From Desulfohalobiaceae bacterium (GTDB lineage Bacteria > Desulfobacterota > Desulfovibrionia > Desulfovibrionales > Desulfothermaceae): 20,125 bases of DNA. The notes beneath the pieces were generated by a model. The model ran no database searches, was not told the origin of the DNA, and saw only the letters and a program-made list of their open reading frames with translations. Location: positions 1-20,125 of the forward strand of contig JAIPDR010000053.1 in the NCBI GenBank assembly GCA_021737615.1. Reading direction: 5' to 3'. This document shows, in pieces, positions 7,346 through 14,254 of this stretch (positions are counted from its first letter, which is position 1; the number at the start of each line of letters is the position of its first letter). Position numbers and translations under genes: made by a program.

Positions 7346-9448
7346 TCCTTCTCCCAAAGCCTTTTTGATATCCCGCAACAGATCTTCCCGGCTGGATTGC
7401 TGCTTCTGGATGATATTCTCGATCTTGCTGTTGAGCCAGGCCACTTCTTCCTGGGTCAACTTTTTACCGGAAACAATAATAATCGGGATATGCTTGGTGG
7501 GTTCTTCCTGTTTCAACCTGCCGATGACCTCAAAGCCGTCCACCTCCGGCATCATCAAGTCCAGGATGATCAGATCCGGGGCCTGCTCCGAGACCCTGTC
7601 CAGCCCCTCCTGCCCGCCATAGGCCTTTCTGACCCTGTAGCCGTTGATCTCTTCCAGGTATCTGGACAAGAGCTCCACGGCCCGGGCATCATCGTCCACG
7701 ATCAGGATATCGAAGATAGGCCGCATTTTCTTGAGCCGATCCAGCTCCCGGGTCAACCGGTCCTTGTCGATCGGTTTGACCAGGTATTCCACGGCTCCGA
7801 GGGAGAGGCCCAGCTCCCGGTTGTCCAGGATGGAGATGCAGATAACCGGAATGTTTTCGGTTTCAGGATCGTTTTTGAGTTCTTCCAGGATGTCCCAGCC
7901 ATCCCGGCCGGGCATGACGATATCCAGGGTCACGGCGAAGGGTTTGAATTTCCGGGCCAGCTGCAGGGCCTCCAGACCGTTGTAGGCCTGGATGACTTCA
8001 TAACCTTCGGCCTGGAGGTAGGTTGTAAGGATCTCCTGGGCCTCCAGCTCGTCGTCGATGGTCAGGATCAATTTCCTGGTCTGATCCAGGGTTTCAGGAG
8101 AGACAGCAGGCGGCCTGGCAGCCGGACCGGCCTCCTGGACGGGAATGTTGAAAAAAAAGCAGGAGCCCTGGCCATATTCGCTGTTCACCCCAATGGACCC
8201 GCCCATCATCTCCACCATTTTCTTGCAGATGGCCAGGCCCAGTCCTGTGCCCCCGGGTTTTTCCTTAAGCGGACCGTCGATCTGCTTGAATTCGTCAAAG
8301 ACCTCCTCCAGGTGCTCGGGCCGGATGCCCAGACCGGTGTCGGACACGCTGAAGCGGATCAGGGCCGGGCCGGCCGGTTCCACCCTCAGCTCTATCCGGC
8401 CGGAGCTGGTAAATTTTACGGCGTTGGACAGCATGTTGATCAAGACCTGCTTGATGCGGTTCTTGTCATTGTACAAGCCGGAGGGGACACCATCGGCTAC
8501 ATTCACAAAAAAATTTAAACCCTTATCCTGAACCAGGGGAGAGAACATGCCCTGGACCGTGTCAACAAGGCTTTGGACATCGAATTCAGCAGGCTGGATC
8601 TCGATCTTGCCGGCCTCGATCTTGGACAGGTCCAGGACGTCGTTGATCAGGCCCAAGAGGTGCTGGGCGCTGCCGTAGACCATGTTCAGCTGTTTTTTTT
8701 GTTCCGCATTGAGCTCGCCCGCCAATCCCTCGAGGATGATGCCGCTGAAGCCGATTATGGAGTTCAGGGGCGAGCGCAGTTCGTGGCTCATATTGGCCAT
8801 AAACTGGGACTTGAGCCGGCCGGCCTCTTCCAGGCGCTGGTTGGCCTTTTCCAGCTCCTGTTTCTTTTCCTTGAGTTCCGTGTTGACCCGGGTCAACTCT
8901 TCCTGACCGGCCCGCAGTTCATCCAGGGCCTGCAACAGGTCCTGGTTTTGCTGCTGGACTTCTGCAAACGCGGACCTGGGTCCCCCGGCTGCCAGCCCGG
9001 AGGTGAGGCGCTGGATATCTGCAGGGCCCCAAGGTTCCCGGCCCTCGGGAAGGGCCTTTCCCATGAGCACGCGGGTGCCCTGGCCCGGCCTGGAATCGAT
9101 CTCAAAATGGTCCATGAGCCGCCTGGCCCCGGCAAGGCCGATGCCCAGCCCGCTTTTGGAGGCATAGCCTTGCTTTAAGACGGCCTCCAGATCGGCAATC
9201 CCGGGGCCTTGGTCCTCGAAAGACATGCACAGCATCTGCGGCGAGGCCTCCAGGTCCAACTGGAAATCCAGCTTGCCGTCCCCGGCGTACTGGTAAACAT
9301 TGCGGGCCAGCTCGGACACAGCCGTGGTGATCCGGGTCTGATCCTGGGAGGTAAAGCCGATCAATCCGGCGATCTCCCTGGAGCGCTGCCTGGACAGAAT
9401 CACGTCGTCCTCGAAACGGATCTGAATGCTGAGGATCTTTGTTGGCAT
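7319..9448 (-). CDS. Hybrid histidine kinase with N-terminal RsbT/RsbW-like HATPase domain, then HisKA - HATPase_c - REC - REC; start uncertain (9448, 9454, 9493 or 9562)
   Basis: N-term MPTKILSIQIRFEDDVILSRQRSREIAGLIGF...TAVSELARNVYQYAGDG...FEDQGPGIADLEAVLKQGYASKSGLGIGLAGARRLMDHFEIDSRPGQGTRVLM; then LKSQFMANMSHELRSPLNSIIGFS; REC1 LDIVMPGRDGWDILEELK; REC2 DILIVDDDARAVELLSRYLEE. Confidence 0.93.
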   Translation of the reverse strand: MPTKILSIQIRFEDDVILSRQRSREIAGLIGFTSQDQTRITTAVSELARNVYQYAGDGKLDFQLDLEASPQMLCMSFEDQGPGIADLEAVLKQGYASKSGLGIGLAGARRLMDHFEIDSRPGQGTRVLMGKALPEGREPWGPADIQRLTSGLAAGGPRSAFAEVQQQNQDLLQALDELRAGQEELTRVNTELKEKKQELEKANQRLEEAGRLKSQFMANMSHELRSPLNSIIGFSGIILEGLAGELNAEQKKQLNMVYGSAQHLLGLINDVLDLSKIEAGKIEIQPAEFDVQSLVDTVQGMFSPLVQDKGLNFFVNVADGVPSGLYNDKNRIKQVLINMLSNAVKFTSSGRIELRVEPAGPALIRFSVSDTGLGIRPEHLEEVFDEFKQIDGPLKEKPGGTGLGLAICKKMVEMMGGSIGVNSEYGQGSCFFFNIPVQEAGPAARPPAVSPETLDQTRKLILTIDDELEAQEILTTYLQAEGYEVIQAYNGLEALQLARKFKPFAVTLDIVMPGRDGWDILEELKNDPETENIPVICISILDNRELGLSLGAVEYLVKPIDKDRLTRELDRLKKMRPIFDILIVDDDARAVELLSRYLEEINGYRVRKAYGGQEGLDRVSEQAPDLIILDLMMPEVDGFEVIGRLKQEEPTKHIPIIIVSGKKLTQEEVAWLNSKIENIIQKQQSSREDLLRDIKKALGEGGRRSDSSL

Positions 9449-9461
9449 CTTCATATTGCGG

Positions 9462-9690
9462 ATCTTCCGATTTTTGATTTTGGATCTCCACATTTTGGAT
9501 TTTGGATTGCGGAATGCTGATTGCGGATTTTCCGATTTTTCCCGCTTTATGTCGCTTCCCAACTTTAGTCACTTCTTCGCTCTGCAATATTCACTATAGG
9601 CTTTAAGAAAAAGTTTTTGGATTTATGCCAGATAACCAACTCTTATTCTTTGTCTTAACAATCGAAAATCCAAAATCCAAAATCTAAAAT
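9462..9690. repeat. R1 inverted arm pair between the phosphatase and kinase genes (9462-9555 and 9660-9690)
   Basis: ATTGCGGATCTTCCGATTTTTGATTTTGGATCTCCACATTTTGGATTTTGGATTGCGG ... AATCGAAAATCCAAAATCCAAAATC. Confidence 0.8.
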
Positions 9691-9700
9691 TCTATAGTCA

Positions 9701-10750
9701 CTATTCAATCACCCGCCCCACCACCACGGTCAGATCATCGTCCCGTTGGTAGTCGCGGTACAGAACGCCGGCGATCAGCGCAGGGTGCCTGGTCACGAGT
9801 CCGGGGTAAGGGTCCAGACTCCAGCCTGTCTTCAAGCCATCGGAATGCATGACCAGCAAGGGAGGGGAGCCGCCTTCTCTCTCCGGCCAGGGAGTGACGT
9901 AGACCCGGCTGAGCTCCTGGCGGCGCCCCACAATTCCATACCGGGAGACCAGGTGCCGGTTCTGGCTTCCGGAGAGGAGGCAGGCGGAGATGTTTCCCAA
10001 CCCGACAAAACGGACTTCCCGCTTCTGCCTGTCCATTTCCGCAACTGCAGCGGCCGCTCCCCGGGTGCCCCGCAGCCCTGCCTGCATACGCTGCATCATG
10101 TCCTGCAGGTCCAGGCCCGGGTTGGCCTGAAAAATTCGTCTGAGCTCCAGAGAGGCCTCGGCCGCTCCAGGACCATGCCCCAGTCCGTCCGCCACCAAAA
10201 CGGCCCAGCCGTTGGGGCGAGGCTGGAGGGCCCAGTTGTCCCCGCAGACGCTCTGGCCCGGCTTGGGCAGGCAGATCCCGGCCACCTCGAACCCGGGGGC
10301 TGAAGGCTTGGCCAGACCGCCTTTCGGCCGGAGGCAGGCCATGAGCACGGTCCCCTGGTCCGGGAGGGAATGGATATCAAACTGGGAACTCAAACGGCGC
10401 ATGGCCCCGAGACCGGTTCCCGGGCTGCCTGTGCTGGAAAAGCCGTCCTGGAGACATTGTCCCACATTCTGCATCCCCGGTCCCTTGTCAATAGCCACGA
10501 TCCGCAGGCCGGACATTTGGCCCAGCTGGACCGTATCCAGGAGCAGCTCCCCGGACCGGGCGTGTTTGAGCAGGTTGGTCCCGGCCTCGGTGACCACGAT
10601 GGCTGTTTTGCCGGTTTGATCCTCACTGAAGCCCAGCTTGCGGGCCAGGTTCACGGCCTTCCGCCGCACTTCGGCGATCCGGCTTTGCTCGGTAACGGAA
10701 AAGGCCAGGCTGCAGCCCGGGCTTTCCTGAGGTATTGAATATGGTCTCAT
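9701..10750 (-). CDS. ATP-binding SpoIIE-family protein phosphatase (RsbX-like, with N-terminal RsbT/W-like HATPase)
   Basis: N-term IAEVRRKAVNLARKLGFSEDQTGKTAIVVTEAGTNLLKHA...AIDKGPGMQNV; C-term VCGDNWALQPRPNGWAVLVADGLGHGPGAAEASLELRRIF and LVMHSDGLKTGW. The start overlaps the rsbT stop as ATGA. Confidence 0.92.
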   Translation of the reverse strand: MRPYSIPQESPGCSLAFSVTEQSRIAEVRRKAVNLARKLGFSEDQTGKTAIVVTEAGTNLLKHARSGELLLDTVQLGQMSGLRIVAIDKGPGMQNVGQCLQDGFSSTGSPGTGLGAMRRLSSQFDIHSLPDQGTVLMACLRPKGGLAKPSAPGFEVAGICLPKPGQSVCGDNWALQPRPNGWAVLVADGLGHGPGAAEASLELRRIFQANPGLDLQDMMQRMQAGLRGTRGAAAAVAEMDRQKREVRFVGLGNISACLLSGSQNRHLVSRYGIVGRRQELSRVYVTPWPEREGGSPPLLVMHSDGLKTGWSLDPYPGLVTRHPALIAGVLYRDYQRDDDLTVVVGRVIE

Positions 10751-11157
10751 TTCCACATGATCATGCATACCCGGGTCCCTTGTCCTGCTTGGGATTCTAT
10801 CCAAAATTCATCCACCAGCCTTTTGCTGCCGGGCAGGCCCAGACCCAGGCCCTTGTTCGTGCTGTACCCTTTTTGCATGGCCAGCTGCACATCCTTCAGA
10901 CCCGGCCCTGTATCCGTAAATATCAGGCGCAGACCGAAACGGACTGCATTGTCCACGGCCTCCAGGAGCGCCTTCCCCTCCCGGCCGTATCGAGCCGTAT
11001 TGCGGGCGATCTCACTGGCCGCCGTGACCAGCTTGGTCTGCAGGATCAACGAAAACCCGAACTCCTTTGCCCATTCGCGGACGACCCGCCTGACCCGGGC
11101 CACATCCTGATCAGTGCGGACCGGCAAGGTTTCATGCTTCCGTACGGTCAGGGACAC
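10747..11157 (-). CDS. rsbT: RsbT-like serine kinase of the stressosome (GTG start at 11157; the track ORF start 11313 is antiparallel noise in rsbS)
   Basis: VSLTVRKHETLPVRTDQDVARVRRVVREWAKEFGFSLILQTKLVTAASEIARNTARYGREGKALLEAVDNAVRFGLRLIFTDTGPGLKDVQLAMQKGYSTNKGLGLGLPGSKRLVDEFWIESQAGQGTRVCMIMWK; GGGAGAAG upstream of the GTG; 26-bp overlap with rsbS. Confidence 0.93.
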   Translation of the reverse strand: MSLTVRKHETLPVRTDQDVARVRRVVREWAKEFGFSLILQTKLVTAASEIARNTARYGREGKALLEAVDNAVRFGLRLIFTDTGPGLKDVQLAMQKGYSTNKGLGLGLPGSKRLVDEFWIESQAGQGTRVCMIMWK

Positions 11158-11533
11158 GGCCCTTCTCCCGGGAAGACGATCCCAGCCTCTTGGCAAGCAG
11201 GGCCATGCCTTTGTCCACATCCAGGGCGGTCCGGATGCCTTTGATGGCCAGGCCCAGCTCGACAATGGTGATGGCCACCTCCGGCTGCATACCCACCAGG
11301 ACCGTTTCCGCATCCAGAAGGCCGGCCGTGGCCGCCATGTCTCCCAGGGTGCGGCCCATGAAGGAATCGATCATCTGCAGGGCTGAGATGTCGATCAATA
11401 CCCCCCTGGCCCCGGTTTTTTGAATCTGCTCGGCCAGGTCATCCCGCAGGGCCAGGGCCAAGCGGTCGTGCAAGTCCACTTGAATGATCACCAAAAGAAA
11501 ATTCCCCCACTTGAGGATCGGAATCCGTTCCAT
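11132..11533 (-). CDS. rsbS: RsbS-like stressosome STAS scaffold protein
   Basis: MERIPILKWGNFLLVIIQVDLHDRLALALRDDLAEQIQKTGARGVLIDISALQMIDSFMGRTLGDMAATAGLLDAETVLVGMQPEVAITIVELG; conserved phospho-Ser context IDSFMGR; starts at 11533 after the repeat. Confidence 0.93.
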   Translation of the reverse strand: MERIPILKWGNFLLVIIQVDLHDRLALALRDDLAEQIQKTGARGVLIDISALQMIDSFMGRTLGDMAATAGLLDAETVLVGMQPEVAITIVELGLAIKGIRTALDVDKGMALLAKRLGSSSREKGRVPDRTEA

Positions 11534-11564
11534 GCTAGCGCCTTTCAGAAGAGGTTTTGATTGA

Positions 11565-11652
11565 CTATTGATTATTTCAGCAATCGACAATCCAACATGT
11601 GAAGATCCAAAATCTCCAATCCGCAATCCAAAATCCGCAATCCAAAATCCCT
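11565..11652. repeat. R1 cluster between rsbR and rsbS
   Basis: GAAGATCCAAAATCTCCAATCCGCAATCCAAAATCCGCAATCCAAAATCC. Confidence 0.8.
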
Positions 11653-12520
11653 AGAATCTGCCCGGCTCCCCCTTGACCACATAACCGCTGCGTTCCAAGG
11701 CCAGGGCAAGCGCATCCGCCAGGGTGGCCTTGGTGGGAATTCCCCCCAGCTCCAGGCCCATGTCCACCATGGACTGGGCGATCATCGGCCGGATCCCGCT
11801 GATGATGCACTCGGCGCCCATGAGACCGGCCGCGGATACGGTCTTGATCAGATGCTGGGCCACCAGGGTGTCCACGGTGGGCACGCCGGTGATATCCATA
11901 ATGGCGATGGTGGATTTGGTTTCCACAATCATCTGCAAAAGGTTTTCCATGACCGTCTGGGTGCGGGCGCTGTCCAGGGTCCCGATCAGGGGGACCGCCA
12001 GGACCCCGTGCCAGAGCTGGACCACAGGCGTGGACAGCTCCATGATCTCCTCCTGCTGGCGCCGGATGACCTGTTCCCGGTGCTGAATAGAAGCTTCGGT
12101 GGTATACAGGCCCAGCTTGTCCAGCAGCCGGGTCGCGGTCCAGATTTCCTGCACCAGTTCCTCTGGATTCTCGGCCAGAAGGCTCTGGAGGAGGTACATC
12201 AGGGGCTGTTTAAAGGAAAAGATACAGGTGGCCACCTCCGAGGGGGTAAAGCCTTTTTCCCCCCGGGTGCGGGAGATCCTGGACAGCATGTCCCTGACTT
12301 CTTTCCAGGCTTCAGCGCTTGTATCAACGACTCCGCCCGCCTGCAGGGCCGAGCGGAAAAGACTGATAAATTCAGCAGCTTCTTCCCGCAGTGCGGTTTC
12401 ATCAATCAAATCCGGCCGCAAGACGCCGGAACTCAATTGTTCCCGGATCCAGTCCTTCAACAGCTCCTGTTCATACTTTTCAAGTATCTCCGGCAGGCGC
12501 GTTGTCTCTTGATCATTCAT
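11651..12520 (-). CDS. rsbR: RsbR-like stressosome protein (N-terminal RsbRD/globin-fold-like region + C-terminal STAS)
   Basis: 289 aa; DITGVPTVDTLVAQHLIKTVSAAGLMGAECIISGIRPMIAQSMVDMGLELGGIPTKATLADALALAL; AGGAGG RBS at the 12520 start; immediately upstream of rsbS-rsbT. Confidence 0.93.
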   Translation of the reverse strand: MNDQETTRLPEILEKYEQELLKDWIREQLSSGVLRPDLIDETALREEAAEFISLFRSALQAGGVVDTSAEAWKEVRDMLSRISRTRGEKGFTPSEVATCIFSFKQPLMYLLQSLLAENPEELVQEIWTATRLLDKLGLYTTEASIQHREQVIRRQQEEIMELSTPVVQLWHGVLAVPLIGTLDSARTQTVMENLLQMIVETKSTIAIMDITGVPTVDTLVAQHLIKTVSAAGLMGAECIISGIRPMIAQSMVDMGLELGGIPTKATLADALALALERSGYVVKGEPGRF

Positions 12521-12553
12521 CCTGAAACCTCCTGTTTTGAATTGAATATGGGG

Positions 12554-12880
12554 AAGAAGTGCCTAAAGTTTGAAAAAGTACCTGAAGGAATTGGCTATCG
12601 AATAAATCCACAAGTCACTCTCTCCGATCTGTAGGCTCTACGAGTAGGAAGCCGTCCATTAAGCCTTACTCTCTGACCCGTAGACTCCCGGGTCTACCCT
12701 CCAGCCTGTAAACCCTACGGGCTGTAAGCGGAACCGGGAGCCCTGTCTAAGCCAAGATTTTCTATATATTCCATCTCCGTTGCATACATTTTGATCTTTT
12801 GTCAAACTCAGGTCGTCCTCCGTCGATATCTTGAAAATCGAAAATCCTATAGTTCACTTATCGACTTGAGGCGCTTCTTC
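12554..12880. repeat. R2 inverted pair (AAGAAGTGCCTAAAGTT at 12554; TTCACTTATCGACTTGAGGCGCTTCTTC at 12853-12880)
   Basis: Arms at the upstream side of rsbR and at the stop codon of the SBP gene. Confidence 0.7.
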
Positions 12881-14020
12881 AAATTCAGAGTAGAGCAGGG
12901 CCTCGCAATCCGGGCAGATGCCGTGGGAAAATGTAGCTTCTGAGTGTTTCTTGATGAAGAATTCGATCTGGTTCCAGTAGCCCTGGTCGTCCCGGATCTT
13001 TTTGCAGTTGGCGCAGATTGGGATGAGCCCTTTCAAGGTCTTGACTTGGACCAGGGCTTCCTGGAGCCGGTTCCGCTCATTGAGAAGCGCAGTCTCAGCC
13101 GCAGTTTTCCGGGCGATTTCCTCCTCCAGGGTCGTATTACGTTCCTTCAATTCTCTGGTTTTGGATCTGACCTGCTGTTTCAAGACCAGGCTGAAGAGAG
13201 CAAACAGACAGCCCAGGCCGACTGCCGCGGCCAATCCGAAAAGCAAAGCCCTGGGCACCTCCCGTTCCACCCGCATGTCGAACCAGTGCTCCAGGGTCTG
13301 GTTGTAGAAGGAATTCCGGTCCTGCTTCAGGACGGAAAGCTGTTGATCAATAGCGGCCGCCAGGTCCTGGTTATGCCCTTTGGGAAAGGCGAATCTGAGT
13401 TCCACCGGGGCCAGGACGATGGGCGTCCGCCTGACCTCGTATTTGTCCTCCTCGGCCAGGCCGTAGAGCCTGCTGATGATCCCGGCCTCCGCCGCTCCCC
13501 GGTCCAGGGCTTGAAAGACTTCTTTGTAACCGCTGCAGAGCACATACTCGCAGGCAATGTTGAACTGCTTGAAGCGTTCAAAGGAGATACCCCCTTGCAT
13601 GACCGCGACTCTTTTGCCCTGAAGCTGCTCGACGTTTTCAATGTCCAATCCTGCGCGGCTGTAAATCCTAGCCCAGTTGGAGAGCACGGTCTCCCGGTTG
13701 AAGTCATACATTTCGGCCCGGTCCCGGCTATAGGCCACATCCACCATGATATCCAGCTTGCCGGCCCGCAGCCGGTCCAGGCACTGCTGCCAGGTCCCGG
13801 GCACATAGTCCAGGTCCCAGCCTTCCTGCCTCGCGATATCCCCCAGAAGATCCACCCAGATTCCGGCGGGCCTGCCGGCCTCATCCAGGTAGACCTTGGG
13901 CTTGTTCTGATAGATGCCCACCCGGACCGTCTCGGCAGCAGACCCTGAAGCCGGGAGCCAGAACAGGAGCAACAGGGCGATGAGCAGCCGTATGAAATTT
14001 TGGATTTTGGATCTCCACAT
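12854..14020 (-). CDS. Periplasmic SBP_bac_3 sensor + TM helix + coiled coil + C-terminal Cys-rich CxxCKKIRDDxGYW domain (no kinase domain); likely start 14020
   Basis: AETVRVGIYQNKPKVYLDEAGRPAGIWVDLLGDIARQEGWDLDYV...; TM ALLFGLAAAVGLGCLFALFSLVL; tail GLIPICANCKKIRDDQGYWNQIEFFIKKHSEATFSHGICPDCEALLY. Confidence 0.88.
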   Translation of the reverse strand: MWRSKIQNFIRLLIALLLLFWLPASGSAAETVRVGIYQNKPKVYLDEAGRPAGIWVDLLGDIARQEGWDLDYVPGTWQQCLDRLRAGKLDIMVDVAYSRDRAEMYDFNRETVLSNWARIYSRAGLDIENVEQLQGKRVAVMQGGISFERFKQFNIACEYVLCSGYKEVFQALDRGAAEAGIISRLYGLAEEDKYEVRRTPIVLAPVELRFAFPKGHNQDLAAAIDQQLSVLKQDRNSFYNQTLEHWFDMRVEREVPRALLFGLAAAVGLGCLFALFSLVLKQQVRSKTRELKERNTTLEEEIARKTAAETALLNERNRLQEALVQVKTLKGLIPICANCKKIRDDQGYWNQIEFFIKKHSEATFSHGICPDCEALLYSEFEEAPQVDK

Positions 14021-14254
14021 TTTGGATTTTGGATCTCCACATTTTGGATTTTGGATTAGGAAGACACAGAATAAGAACTGGTCTATATGGAATAAATCCA
14101 ATACCTTTTTCCTAAAGCATCTATCCCTCAGGGCCGGCCTCCAGCTCCGCTACGGGCCGGAGAGTAAAGTATACGCCCTGGAGAAAAGCCAAAATCGACC
14201 CTCTTTCTTTTTCCGCAATCCAAAATCCGCATTCCAAAATCCAAAATTCTTCAA
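13996..14254. repeat. R1 inverted arms around the start of the SBP sensor gene (13996-14060 and 14215-14254)
   Basis: Tandem TTTTGGATTTTGGATCTCCACA on the left; GCAATCCAAAATCCGCATTCCAAAATCCAAAATTC on the right. Confidence 0.8.

Noticed and set aside
7397-8518. 373-aa plus-strand ORF
   Set aside because: Antisense to HisKA/HATPase/REC coding sequence. The same artefact recurs at 16019..17038 because the two kinases share DNA.
12944-13948. 334-aa plus-strand ORF
   Set aside because: Antisense to the SBP sensor gene; low-complexity H/Q/G/P-rich translation without domain motifs.
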